This document shows, in pieces, positions 1 to 15,907 of a stretch of DNA of 64,000 nt. The notes under the pieces were generated by a model. The model did no database searches. It saw only the letters and a program-made list of their open reading frames with translations, and was not told the DNA's origin. The DNA comes from the human T2T-CHM13v2.0 reference genome, Homo sapiens. Position 1 is the first letter of the stretch, and each line of letters begins with the position of its first letter. Both the position numbers and the translations under genes were made by a program. The stretch lies in the NCBI RefSeq assembly GCF_009914755.1, contig NC_060934.1; one strand, given 5' to 3'.

Positions 1-2
1 AA

Positions 3-122
<120 letters not shown>

Positions 123-710
123 TAGTTTAGGTGAACTAATATGTCTCTTCAGGCTCACATTTTTCCTGCACAAAATTCATGCACCCTTTTATTTACATTA
201 CGAACCTTTTTCTCTATATGAGATTTTATATAAATGAGTGTAAATCTGAAGTCACTTTAGTGAGGGTAATTGGAAATAGAGGAAATTGGACTTTGGGAAG
301 AGAAAAGGGAGATAAAAGAGAAGATTGGCTAGGTGTTTATAGTGGTAATTTCTAGGGAGCTAAAGGAAGCTGAAGTAAGAAATAGCCACAGCTTGCAACT
401 AAACAGTGAAGAGTTTTTTGTTTTATTTTGTATGTTTGCCTCTAAAGGAGAGGGAGCTGAGATGTGGCTGAGAGCCAGATCAGGAGATTTTACTATGCTC
501 TGATATTCTGGAATGAAGTTTTTATAAGTAGAGCTCAGGTGATACAAACTTATACATCATGGAAATTTAGAAAGTATTTCTGGGTGCTTATGGGAATTTT
601 CTCCATCACCCAGATTTCTCCTCTGGGTCCCAAAAGACTCAGCAATTAGTAATTTTTAATAATAATTTCAGCAAAGGGGCAAACATTACTGAGCAGATAA
701 AAGGCTTTTA

Positions 711-712
<2 letters not shown>

Positions 713-746
<34 letters not shown>
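713..746. repeat. (TA)n microsatellite
   Basis: direct reading. Confidence 0.95.
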
Positions 747-748
<2 letters not shown>

Positions 749-2596
749 AAAATCTACACAAAGGGATATTAAAATTATAAGAAACTAGTATCGCTCCCAT
801 TTTTTTAAATATGAGATTTAATTTAGGATGTCCTAAATATCATTTAAAGTTATTCAAGAATGTGTGTGTGTTCTTATAGGGTCACTTGTAAGTTCAGCCT
901 CCCAATCTTGGTTTTCCCATAAGATCATAGGATTGTCAATTATACATGATTAAGGTGGATGAGATCTCCCTTTTTTAATCTGTAAAATGGAGATTATCAT
1001 TTTATTCGTTCAACTTAACTGTGCAAGGCTGTTAGAGCAGGGGAAGTTTGAGAATAGTTTTGATGCTAGAATAAGGTAACAAGAGACTATTTTTTATCTG
1101 TAACAACAACAACAAAAAAATGGCAAAGAAGCTAAGCCTGGCCAAAAAAATAACTAGGGCTTGTTTTACCCACGTGTACACTGCAATTAAACAATAACAA
1201 CCAATTATAGTAGTAGTGCTCTAGTAAAAATACAGATAAGATAAGGCTAATTAAATATTCCAGTTTTTGACTGCCTATTCAAGAGGACAGGAGCCTGAGG
1301 GATTGTCATCAGAAGTTACGTGGTAGGTTTACTCTATGGTTCTACGTATCACAGTTTAACTTGTGAAGGGCTGTAGCCTACTTTGTGAATTTTATCTCCC
1401 TTTTCCTATTGTTTCTCCCATTTTAAAGTATTTCTGGTATTTGGTCTTTAGCTTGGGTGGAGAATTCAGATTTTTTGTTGGAGCTAGGAGTTTGGTTCAT
1501 AGAAGGCAACTCCTATCTATGTATATTCTCTATAAATAAGGAGAAGAAAACATGTAGAAAAAAGAGAACCCACCTCCCCGCTCTATGGTATACCTGTAGT
1601 GCTTTTACTACAGTCATCAAAAAGGATCTGGCCAGTCACTTTGCAGGGAAGCTTTTCTACAAGTAATGTTTAGCTGGCTGATTTTTTCAAGTGTTAGCTT
1701 AGAGGTATCTCATCTGGAAATCGTCCCTGCTTCACTCCCAAAGTTTGGGTTTATTGTCTCTTTTATATGTGCATGCATAGTCCATTTTACCTCTCACATC
1801 CTGTATTTGTCTGGTTTTTTCTTTTTTTTTTTTTTTTAGCTTGCCTTTATTTGATTCCATACCCTGACCACTGTGAGAGAGAGGATGATAGCTCTAGTTT
1901 CAGTATTGTTCCCTCAGGCCTTGTATGATGTGTATCCAACATATAGTTAGAACTACTCAACAGATGAATGATAAATATAGCTGCATTATTTATAGGCTAC
2001 AGGTTTGTAATAGGTGAAATACATTTGTATATAATATAAAGTATGCCATTGAGATATCTTTAATGGAGTTGTAACATGTTATGTATTAATAGCTATATAC
2101 ATGTTAAAAAGCTAATTCATTATACTCGTTTTTTTTCACTGGCTGATTTTATGAATAGTAATTTGAAATTTTGAGAACTTAATTTTATCATTTGAAAAGT
2201 ATTTGGTTTTAATTTGAATATATACTTATTTATAAACGAGTATAATTTATATATACACCTATAAATAATTTGGAAGTATTTTTATATATTCTGTCCACTT
2301 TCTAACATAGTCTAATTACTAATTGTAATCATTTTTTTGGCTAAATACAGCTAGTCCTGAATCTTTCATTTGGATGTCCCAATGAGCCTAGAAATCTTAA
2401 GCTATGTTAATAAGTTTCCAATTTTTTTTTTTTTTTTTTACAAAATATTTCCATTGCTGAGTTGGTTGGAACATTTTAAAGATACTAAGTTCTTCTTCAA
2501 AAACTGTTAGGAAATTTTTTAAAGTTGATTTTTGTTTTGATTATCAATGTATGATTGCTTAACTTTAAAATCAACTTTGATTTATAGCTAACTTAG

Positions 2597-2815
<219 letters not shown>

Positions 2816-2958
2816 TGATAATTTGTTGACAAATTTTCTAATGCTTCAAAATGTTTGCTTTCAAAGTTTTAATTAACATAATTAAATAAAATGCCATTCT
2901 TTGACAATCCTATGCTTAGAAATGGTTACTATTCCCACAACTGAACTGTCTTGGGCCA

Positions 2959-2978
2959 ATGCCACCATCTAGTGGCTA
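2959..2978 (-). promoter_or_regulatory. CTCF-like motif (reverse orientation)
   Basis: - strand reads TAGCCACTAGATGGTGGCAT, close to the CTCF core CCASYAGRKGGCRS. Confidence 0.55.
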
Positions 2979-4510
2979 ATGCCCAGAATCACACCTCTGT
3001 TTCTCCTTTTATACCTTTGCTGGAAATTCATATGCATGGTTTCTGTTTTTTAGAGTGGTGACCAACTTAGACTTAGAGAATTTCATGTCACTGGTAGTTC
3101 TAGCCCTTTTATTCATTCTCTTCTAATTTTATCCTTTATTTCTCTATTTTTATTTGCAACTCAACAAGATTTCCATGTCAGAGCTAACATATTTTGTGAA
3201 TAATTTAATCAATTAGTTTTGAAGTAAAATTAGATGTTGTAAAATGCCTCTGAACTTTTAAACTCCTTGAAGGCCCTCAGTTATTTCCTATAGAATCTCC
3301 ATTTCTGGTACTGTTTTCCTCTGCCTCTGCTAATTGAATCTTTCCTTAGAGGATCTTTATAGGAAGTTTAAAACACTCTGCTTTTATAGATTTTCTTTGG
3401 TCTTTAAATGGTGTTACTTTAATAATGTTTTCTACCTTTTTATTACAAGCAGCTTTTATTTTTATTACAAATCTTCACTACTTCAGCTGTTAGATTTTTG
3501 TCACTTTATCCTAGCAAATGTCAGCCACTGAGAATATTGTTTATCTCTCTGTATTCTGTGTTTTATTCAAATGCCTATATTCATTGTCTCTAATTTTCTT
3601 TTACTTCCTCTGTGTACATCTATAGGCTAGTGGGTTGAATTTTTTACTAATACGTTTAATGGCATTTTCCTATTAGGAAGTGAAAAACAATTTTTCACTT
3701 CAGATTAAGTTTTCCTGGCATCTTATAACAACATATATGAGCACAGTAATTCAGTGAATATTTATCCACTATGTGAACAGTAGACAGTGAAGATGTAAGT
3801 AGTAAGAAAAAACATCTTTCACTCAAGGAACTTGGTTAGGTCTTATACATACAAATAGTTAAGGTAATTGATTTTGTTAAGGGGAATTTATTGGACAGGG
3901 CATGTAATAAAGTGCATCTATCTTTAGAGAAATGACCACTGTACCTATTTATCCTTACAGTATTTTCAGTTGTTTCTTATGGTCTTTCCCAAAAGTCATC
4001 CCCCTTTTTGGGAAGTTCTTTTTCATAGAGTTCATGGTCATCCTTTAGCTCTCCAATACATGAGTTAGCTCATACTGAAAGTTAAATCAATGGAAAGGCT
4101 GAATATCTTCTCATAAACAAACGTAAAGTCCACTTCTCTGCATGATTTCTCATATGAAAGTATAAAAGATTGAATTTTAGAAATTTATTTGAAAAATTAA
4201 CCACCCCTGCTTGTTGTTCTCCTTTTTGACATCTTTGACACTTTGCTATTCTAGTTGACCTTTTATCCATTCACTTTTTCCTTTATGGACTTTTCTTCAT
4301 CCTTGTACCTTCATTCTTAGTTTATAAATGACTTTTACTAAGCTACCCTGATTCTTCCTTTTTTTCCTGTGGCATTCCTGCTTTGTCTCCACTGCCTCTA
4401 CTTCTTGCCTTCTACTTGATATATGTAAGTATGTCCTAATACTTTCTCTGTATCTATTTTAGGAGATCTTCTCCATTTTCTGTGTGGCTTCAACTACGCA
4501 AAGGATTTTT

Positions 4511-4705
4511 TAACTTTTATTTTAGGTTCAGGAGTACATGTGCAGGTTTCTTACATAAGTAAATTGTGTGTCACAGGTTTGGCGTAAGGTTATTTTGTCA
4601 CCCAGGTAATAGGCATAATAGTCAATAGGTAGTTTTTCAATCCTGTCTCGCCCCCTACCATTCCACCTTCAAGTAGGGCCTCATGTCTGTTGTTCTCTTC
4701 TTTAT
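4511..4705 (-). mobile_element. Short 3'-end fragment of an older L1PA/L1PB, antisense
   Basis: ttttattttaggttcaggagtacatgtgcaggttt.. is the reverse complement of an L1P 3' terminus; flanked by near-identical GCAAAGGA(T/C)TTTT at 4498-4510 and 4706-4718 (TSD). Confidence 0.8.
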
Positions 4706-5119
4706 GCAAAGGACTTTTAAGTCCTCATTTCCAGCCCTGCTTTGTTTCCCAAGCTGAAGTGTTATGTCTCTATTTTTAAATAGACCAGTTGAGAGTTTCA
4801 CTAACACCGGAAACTTGACTTGTCTAAGTTGTCTAATTCATTATACTTTCATCTAACTTTGGTCCAAACATGCAGTTTTAGTTATGACTGCTGTCTTTCA
4901 GCCAATCAAATAAGTTCAAAAGCTTCGCGTCATCTTTGATCTGTTACTCTTTTCTTTCAACCAGTCACTAAGTCCTGCAAAATTCCCCCAGTTTAGTGCT
5001 GCTCACCCTTATATCTACATTTTTTAAGTAGTTATTAAGTGTTTTCTGTACCCTTAATTTTTCTTTTGTTATCCAGGGCTAGGGCCACTTGCCTGAGTGT
5101 GTGTAAGGCCCAGAGTGAG

Positions 5120-5345
5120 GGCCATGACCAATCTCAGGGTCAGATGGTAAGTATTTTAGGCTCTGTAGGCCATATGGTCTCTGTTGCAATTTACTCAACT
5201 TATTCATTATAGCACTAAAGCAGCACAGACAATAGTAAATGAATGGGCTTGGTTGTGTTTCAATAAAACATTACTTACAGAAATTGATGGCCAGCCAGAT
5301 TTGGCCTGAGGACATGGTCATTGTACAGGCCAAAAGTTTGCCACC
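5120..5345 (+). mobile_element. MER58A-like hAT-Charlie DNA transposon remnant
   Basis: gtaagtattttaggctctgtaggccatatggtctctgttgcaa...caataaaacattacttacagaaa...gatttggcc resembles the MER58A consensus. Confidence 0.75.
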
Positions 5346-5523
5346 TTTTGGCCTGTACAATTAAGTCATAACTCCTTACATTAGTATTCAAGGCCCTTCC
5401 CTAACAAGCACCTCTTTTAATAAGTTTATCTCCCATTAAACCCATTAGTAAATCGTCCTTTCAAAACAAGTGATTATTCCTTTATGTATGTGTTCGTTCT
5501 CTCTCTCTGTCTCTTCCCCTCCA

Positions 5524-5527
<4 letters not shown>

Positions 5528-5555
<28 letters not shown>
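5528..5555. repeat. (TG)n microsatellite
   Basis: direct reading. Confidence 0.95.
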
Positions 5556-7098
5556 TGGAAACCATATATCTGACAAAAGATCTGTATCTAGATTATATAA
5601 AAGCTTGTGTTATGAATACTTAAGACCTCTAAAACTTTGAACAACCCTTCCTTTTTGGCGTGTTCTTTCCTCTTCCACCATCCTATGCTTCTGTCAAGAC
5701 CCAGAGATTTTTATTTTTTGTGACGCTTTTCCCAACCTAGTGAATCCCTTTTCTGAAATTCTGTAGTACTTATATTTATCTGTCAATTAGGGATTAGTTT
5801 GTTATCTATTAAGGATGTGCCTAAGAGTTCTAGGCACTGATACTATCTTTTTTTTATATGTGTGTTGTCCTTGATACTAGACTGTAAATCCCTTAGTGGC
5901 AGAGACACAATGTCTGTATTGCTTTATAGCCTTCTCAGCCATCTCATTCCTCTGCAGTAGGATGTGATTCACAAATGTGGTGGGGCAGTAGTTGCATGTA
6001 TAGTTTATACAGAATATCTACTGCTTTTATAATACAGAAGTCAAAGTCAAGAGTGGGATGTCAATAAAAAGAGTAGAGTAAGTATCTCTGAAAATTCACT
6101 TTTCCATGAAAGTATAAAAATACTGGCAAAAATGTTCAGTGTCAGCTTTTTCAGAGATCTGATATTAAACAAAGGCTTATAGATGCATATAGAGCATTTT
6201 ATCAAGAAGATGACTAACTATCAGTATAAAGGGTGAGCTTTGTGGCATTTTAACTTGCTTTAGTTCCAGCCCCTGCTCAAATTCTGCAGTAGCCTTGAAA
6301 ATAACAGCCTGCTTTCCCATTGCAGCCTCTCAGGGACCAAAGGGAAAGAACAGAGGTAGAGCTTTTTCAAAGCCTCATTGCCAAAGAATGGTCATTATTT
6401 GACTTGTCTGGTTGTTTCCTCGGAGACCCCACTTACAAGATTGTCAGTATTCGACTTGACTTGGAGCTTGCCCCCATGGAAAAAGCCTTCTCTGTGGGTG
6501 GGGGAAAGGGGCATTTGTCAAAAACAATTACAGGCAAATGTTTCAACTTTACAACTGCCTGAGGTATAGATAACATTTGGAGCAAACAAGAGACTAACCA
6601 AAAAGCTTAAATGGAAAAGCTGGAGAGTGAGATGTCCCTAGGAGCTTCAAAAGGCTGTGACATATTCCTTGAAATCTAGAGGGCCACGTGCATATGTAGA
6701 GTTGTATGCATGTTCAGGAAGGACCTGAGAAGGCCCTAAGCTCTCACCTCTGCCTCACCTTGAGGTGGTCTGCACGAGTAGGAAGTGAAGACTAAGGCAG
6801 AGTTGTCAACACCTTAGTTGAATATTGGTGGTATGCCCCCAAACACATACCCAGATTCTTGGCAAAGACTGAGCAACTTAATGGCTCCAGATGTGTAAAG
6901 AAATCTCTGTTCCATTATTAGCTGACCTCTAGGCAGAAACTTTCATGACTACATATGGTAAAGAATACAGACTTTATGGAATTAGTTTAGGACTGAAGAG
7001 CAGGCAGGAATCTGATTTCCAGTATTGCAACATTATATTATTTAAAATGTCTAGTTTCAACAACAACAACAACAAAATATGGGAGATACTAACAAATA

Positions 7099-7402
7099 CA
7101 GTGGTCCCTCAGTATATGTTGGGGATTCATTCCAGGACCCTTCATGGATAAGAAAATCTGTGGATCCCATGTCCCTTATATAAAATGGTGTAGTATTTGC
7201 ACGTAACGTATGCACAACCTGCTATATACTTTAAATCATCTCTAGATTACTTGTAATACCTAATACAATGCAAATGCTATGTAAGTAGTTGTTAATACTA
7301 TATTATTTTTATTATTGTTATTTTTATTGTTTTTAAAAATATTTTTGATCTGTGATTGCTTGAATTCACAAATGCAGGACTGCAGTTACAGAGAGCTGAT
7401 TG
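7099..7402 (+). mobile_element. MER2 (TcMar-Tigger) MITE inside the L1M
   Basis: TA + CAGTGGTCCCTCAGTAT start; tttaaatcatctctagattacttgtaatacctaatacaatg core matches MER2. Confidence 0.85.
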
Positions 7403-8771
7403 TTTGACCCATACACAGGAAAAGAAGCAGTCAATAGAAACTGTCGCTGAGGAAGCCCAGACATTGTACTTATTAGGCATAGATTTGAAATTATCTATTT
7501 AAATATGCACAAAGAACTAAAACCATGGTCTGGGCACTATATGAAAATACAAGAATGATCTCACCAAATACAGAATATTAAATGTCTTTTAATATTCTGG
7601 AGTTGAAAAGTATAGCAACAGAAATGAAAATTTTACTGGTGAGGCTCAACAGCAGACTTGAGCCAAAGAAAAAGAACCTGTAAAATTGAAGTTAAATGAA
7701 TTGAGATTATTCAGTCTGAGAAACAGAAAAATAGAATGAAGAAAAATGAACAGGTCCTCAGAGAGCTGTAGACACCATCAAGCTTACCAGCATACACATA
7801 ATGGAAGTTCCAGAAGGAGAGGAAATGGAGAAAAAAGGACAGAAAGTATATTTGAAGAAATAATGGCCCCTAAAAACCAACCAAATTTGATGAAAAATAT
7901 TAAACATTTGAGAAGCTTAACAATCTTCAGGTATGATAAATTCAAAGAAATTCATACCTAGGCACATCATAATCAAACTATTCAAAGACAAAGAGAGAAT
8001 CTTGAAAGCAACAATATAAAAGTGACTCATGCACAAAGGACCCCCAGTAGGGTTAGTAGCTGATTTCTCACCAAAAGCTGTGGAGGATAGAAGGCAATAG
8101 GATAATATATGCAGAGTGCTCAAAGAAAGAAAACTGTCAACTAGTTAAGTCTATATTCATCAAAAATCTATAGCCTTCCAAAAGGAAGGAGAAATTAAGA
8201 TATTCCCATGACCTTGGATTTGGCAGTGGATTCTTAGAAATGACACCAAAAGCACAAGCAACAAAAGAAAAGAAATAGATAAATTGTAAATCTAAAACTT
8301 CATTAAAATGTAAAACTCTTGTGTATCAAAGGACACTTAAAGTGAAAAAAGTTACAGAACGGGAAAAAATATTTGCAAATCATGTCTGATAAGCCTTTAA
8401 TGTACAGGTATATGAAGAACTCTTATAAATCAACAATAAAAAGATGGCCCAATTTGGAAAAAGGCAAAAGGCTTGAATAAACATTCCTCTAAAGAAGTTA
8501 TAAAAATGACCAATAAGCACAGGAAAAGTTGCTAAATATCACTAGTCACTGGGGCTCTGCAAATCAAAACCACAATGAGATATCATTTTATACCTACTAG
8601 GATGGCCAGAAATTTTTTTTAAGGAAAATAATAAATGTTAGAGAATGTGGACAAATTGAAACCTTATACGTTGCTAGTGGGAAGGTGAAAGTGCAGCTAC
8701 TGTGGAAAACACTTTAGCAGTTCCTCAAAGAGTTGACGTGGTAATTCCACTTCTAAGTATGTGATCATATC

Positions 8772-9136
8772 CAGTAGTCCCCCCCTTATCTGTGGAGCAT
8801 ATGTTCCAAGACCCCCAGGGGATGTTGCAACCACAGATAGTACCAAATAATCCTGTATATACTGGTTTTTTTAATTTGATAACTGAGATAGCTAAGTCAC
8901 TAATGGACAGGTGGCCTATACAGCATGAATATGCTGGACAAAGGGAGGATTCACAACCTGGGCAGGACGGAGTAGGATGGTGCAAGATTTTAACATGCTA
9001 TGCAGAATTGTATGCAGCTTAAAACTTATGAATTGTTTATTTCTAGAATTTTCCATTTTGTATTTTTGGACAGTGATATATTGACTGGGTAACTGAAATC
9101 AAGGAAAGTGAAACTGCAGATAAGGAGGGACTACTG
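8772..9136 (-). mobile_element. MER44 (Tigger7-derived) MITE inside the L1M
   Basis: terminal inverted repeats CAGTAGTCCCCCCCTTATCTG ... CAGATAAGGAGGGACTACTG followed by TA. Confidence 0.85.
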
Positions 9137-9683
9137 TATAAAAGAATTGAAAACATGTTCACACAAAATCTTGTATATGTATATTCATAATAGCATTATT
9201 TGTAATAGCCAGAAAGTGAAAACAACCCAAATGTCTATCAGCTGATGAATGGAAAAGCAGAATGAAAGGAAATGTGATACTATTCAGTCATAAACTGCAA
9301 TGAAGTACTGATACATGCTACAAAATAGATGAATCTTGAAAACTTTATGCTAAGTGCAAGAAGCCAGACACAAAAGGTCACATATTATGTGATTCCATTT
9401 ATACGAAATATCCAGACAAGGATAAAGACAAAGTAGATTAGGGTTGTCAGGGGATGGGAGGAGGGAAGGTTGCGGAGTGACTGTGAATAGATTTGGGTTA
9501 CTTTTGAGGATGATGAAAATGTTTTGGAATTAGATCATAGTAATGGTTGTACAACTTTGCGAATAGTATAAAAACTATAATTAATCTGTGAAAGATTGTA
9601 AGTAGTGATACAAACATCATTTCTGGAGATTCTTCCTAATTTCTTGACAGATGAAAAATACACAAATTAAGAGTCTTCCAGTA

Positions 9684-9861
9684 CAGGTTGAGTATCCCTT
9701 ATCCAAAATGGTTGGGACCAGAAGTTTTTTGGGTTTTGGAATATTGGCATTGTATATACTTAGAGTTGAACCTCCCAAATCTGAAATGAATGAGTGTCAT
9801 GTCAGCCCTCAGTTTCAGATTTTGGGACATTTCAGATTTCAGACTGGGGATGATCAACCTA
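9684..9861. mobile_element. Tigger4/MER46-type MITE
   Basis: TA-CAGGTTGAGTATCCCTTATCCAAAATG ... GGGGATGATCAACCT terminal inverted repeats. Confidence 0.75.
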
Positions 9862-10773
9862 CACCCTTATATTCTTCTCTGACTTAACTGGGGCTTGTAA
9901 AAATGTGCTAATGATTCTTTGTAAGCTGTTTGGGGCAAGAAGAAAATTGACAGGAAACCTTGGGATAGTTGAGAAGGTGAACAGATAACAGAGAAGATAG
10001 ACGTGTACATTTATCCCTTTGTTTTCATGCTGTCTAGAATATCCGTCTTCACATTTGAAATGGGTAGAATATGTGTTGATTTAGATGTAACTTTTAACTT
10101 CTGTTTTCTTTTAATGGATATTTTATCATCTGTATTGTGACCAGGTTGTTATTTGTTAATTTATTTCTGTTGGTCTTTGCCAGGAAATATGTTTTGCTAG
10201 GAAAACATTTGCTAGGAAATAAACATTGACTGAACAGTTGTGACTTAGTGATGCTGACCTCATTTCCTATACATACAAATAGGAGTAATATCTTTAAAAG
10301 ATTCTATTGTTGTTTTGTGTGTTTTAGTATTCTGATAACTTTTGAGGTTGTGGAATGTAATTTTGTTTCACATATTGGTTCGTGTTTATTATGTCTACAA
10401 CCTCATTTTACTTCATTTTCAGCTTGGGTGTCCCTTCTGGATTGGTTCTTATATTTTAGTGATAGTCAAGCTTAAAGAGTGAATTAGTACTGCTCTGCAC
10501 ATTTTACAAATGAGACACATCAGGCACAGAGAAGTTTGTTCTTCCAGTAAAGTACTGGCACAGCCTATCAGACACTATTCTCCCCAACACAAGGTCCACA
10601 CTATGCAACTTCTAATTTCTGGGGCATGCTGTGGCCTAACCAGCCTCTCTCTGTTGAACCCTATGGCTCCTCAGGGTCCCATTTGACATCACTGCTCTTT
10701 CTGAAATTATTTAAAAGCTGTGATACCATGTTTTAGAAAATGTCCCTCATGTTTCAGAAGTTATACTTTATAA

Positions 10774-12301
<1,528 letters not shown>

Positions 12302-12649
12302 AGCTTAAATAATAAAAAATATATATATTTTTATGCTTTTTGTGACCTTTTTTTCTTTTTAAGCTCATGTTTTCTTTACTAAAATGTCTAGAGGTAAGCA
12401 GATTGCCTATTTGCCAGGATTTTCCTAGTACACATGATAATATATTCTTGAAGAATGTCATGTAAGTATCCAATAATTAGGAATATTTTTACTCGCAAAT
12501 ACTAAAAAGCTATAAATTGAAATGTTTTCACAATACATTTTAAAAATACTCAAAATGATAGTGAAACTGGTAGCTATGGTTTCACCAGAAGCAAGATAGA
12601 ACATTTTAACTGGTAGAACATTTTAACTGGTAATCTTTATTTCCTTTAG

Positions 12650-12754
<105 letters not shown>

Positions 12755-13466
12755 TAAATAATATCTAAGCTTGATCATTTTGATAATTCTGATTTGAAGT
12801 AAAATTCTAACAAAAGTGAAAACTGAGAATATATTCAAATTAATTTTTGTGGAAACTTTGATTATTTTTGTGTTAAAAATTTAATTTTCAGAATGTATTA
12901 TTCTACTTAGGTAATATGTGTACTCTAATTGAACATATCCTGAATAAACTATGATACTAATACATTTAGTGTTTTATAATTAGAGGAGATATTTAAAGAA
13001 CTTAACATTAAGTACTCCCAAAATAAATATACCAGCTAAATGTATTCATGCCTTAGGGCATGTCATTTTTTATCTGAGATCTTTGAGATCCATTATTACC
13101 AATTCTTTATAGACTTCTTCAGAATGTAAAACATTGTCTTTTTATCACAAGGAATTTCATAAGTAATCACATTTCCGTGAAATGCAGAAGTGGTTTTGTT
13201 TAGCAGTAGATATAACCAACATATTATAGCTGCATAAATGTAATTTACCAGTTTATTTACAGAAGAGGTAAACTGCCCTGATATTAATCACAGCATAGCT
13301 TTTCATGTGTTCCATGTTTAGAGAATGTTTTTAATCCTAGAGTTATAACTAAAACATAGTAAGGAAATATCATTTCTCACCTGCCTAAATGATGATCTTT
13401 CAACTCATTAATTTCCCCTTCTTCCCTTTCGAGTTCTGATAGTAGCATCTAGAAAATTAAAGACCA

Positions 13467-13767
13467 GGCCAGGCGTGGTGGCTTATGCCTGTAATCCCAG
13501 CACTTGGGGAGGCGGAGGCTAGTGGGGTCACTCAAGGTCAGGAGTTTGAGACCAACCTGGCCAACATGGTAAAACCCTGTGTGTTCTAAAAATATAAAAA
13601 TTAGCCGGGTGTGGTGGCAGGTGCCTGTATTCTCAGCTACTCAGGAGGACAAGGCAAGAGTCACTTAGGTGAACCTGGGAGGCGGAGGTTGCAGTGACCC
13701 GAGATCACGCCACTGCACTCCAGCCTGGGCGACAGAGTGAGACTCCATCTCAAAAAAAGAAAAGAAA
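13467..13767 (+). mobile_element. AluS element
   Basis: full dimer with A-tail; TSD AGAAAATTAAAGACCA at 13451-13466 and 13768-13783. Confidence 0.97.
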
Positions 13768-15742
13768 AGAAAATTAAAGACCAGGACTAGTTTCCTATAT
13801 AAACAAAGACATCAAAGAAAAGGCAGCATAGTTTTTCTGGCTTATCTGCAGTAATATGAATATCATGAAGAGTCATCATAGGAGACATAAAATGTGATAG
13901 ACATTGATAGGTATTATGTCCATGTTTTGAGGAAGCCGCTGATCCTGAGCTTATTTGAAAATTTCTCTCAGATGACTAGTCTATGGGTTGAAAATTGTTA
14001 TTATGGTATGGTTCTACAAATATTTTTTAAAATTCTAGAGACATCAACGTTTGTATTAGGAAAAAATTATGGAAGTTAACTATAAAGCCCAATGTACTTG
14101 GTAAAAATAAATGATAGTAACAATGTATGGATACAACTACAGTGAAAAATAGACAATAAATTGTTCTTATGATTTGGTTTGCACTTTATTTTCTTCACGC
14201 AAAATACCATGTATGGTTTTATTTCCTTTTAAGTCTGATTCATTGAGTTAACATTTTCTAATTTTTAGAAAGCTGTTATTACTAAGAGAACTGTTACTCT
14301 TACATAGTCTTACTTCTGGCATGTATATATTTCGCTATAAACAAAGATGGAAGGGGGAGAGATTCAGTACGCTGACACCTCCTTATGTATCCCAATGCAA
14401 AGGACTTTTCCTGTGACTTTTGGGAATCTTTTTCAGTTCCCCCCTTATTTTGCTGCCTAGTATGCAGGGGGATTATTTAATGAAATACCTGACAGCTGAA
14501 GCTTTTGTAACAGCATTGCTAACTGGGGCAAGATAGTTTAGTTGTTAAACGACATTAACAGATGCAATATACCTGATTAGCAAAATGCATCCTAAGTGAG
14601 ACCCTTTACTTTGCTTATGAATTAATTTACAAAAAAGATAAAAATGAAATTATCTCCTTTATTCTTTCAAAAGTTAATAAAATGATGCCTGAAAAACATT
14701 TTGAGGTCCGTATAAGTCATCATAAATCATCAAAAAATCAATAATTTTGCTTCACATGTCTAATACAATTAACTGAAACTATACTCATCTTAAAGTTCAA
14801 AACTGTAGTCTCTGTCTAGCCAGATGCAGAATTATTTAAAACTCATTCTTCTTCCCCTCCCACACTTCAAATGAAATCTTTCCAGTTTGTTTTTAATAGC
14901 TAGAGAACTAAAATGTTATATTATTTGTAGGGATCGATGATAAACATTTGCTTAATTATGCTTTCTTGAATTAGTGAATTATAGCCACAGTTCCTGTAGC
15001 CTTCTTAAAGATTTAGGGGTTGTTCGGTTCTTGCAACTTCGAGCAAAACTTAACGCTGATAAGTATGCTTTTTTGAAGCTTTGTGCAAAGTGGGAAGAGG
15101 ATCCTGTAAGTATTGTGCAAATCACTGACCAGGCAAACCAGAGAAGCCAGACAGCCCTAAGAGACACAGACCTGTGGCATAGTCGTAACTTTTGTATCAA
15201 ATTAGATATTGGTAATTACTGAAAATTCTCATATACCTTTAAGGCCCCATAAATCACTGTATCCACATTCATTAATTTCCCTCTTCAACCCCAAACTAAT
15301 AAGAAGATAGTAACCCCTTCAAATCTCAGGAAGGTGAAAGAATTCTGAGAGAGGAATTGAGAAGCCAAAGGAGCTGAGAGGAACTGTGAGGTTTCTGCAG
15401 GTTCTTGTTCAGAAAGGGGCAGTCACAGAACTATGCCTTAAACCTCTAAGAGACATGACAGAGATTTGGACTAAGAAAGGTTACATTGCATTTGTAAATT
15501 ATGTGTATGAACTTGAGATACAGGTATATGGGACAAGATAAACAGTATCTTGTATATAGTATACAGCATAGTAACAGTATATAAGTAACATATCCAAATT
15601 GTTAATGCTTTAGGAGAATAAATGCCTCCTATTTAAAATAATGGATAATACTTTTGTTCCAACTATTTGAATATTTTTTGAAATTTCAAAAAATATGCAA
15701 AATACTTTTGAATTCAACATTATGTTAATAGATCTATAATGA

Positions 15743-15907
<165 letters not shown>

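Larger units (their letters stand above)
6040..9570 (+). mobile_element. Old, internally deleted L1M (L1MB/L1MC-type): 5' region, ORF1 remnant, ORF2 3' part and 3'UTR, interrupted by MITEs
   Basis: ORF1-like ESIFEEIMA..PNLMK at 7840-7900; caaatcaaaaccacaatgagatatca, aacaacccaaatgtctatca, agtagattagggttgtcagggg are L1M ORF2/3'UTR motifs. Confidence 0.8.
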
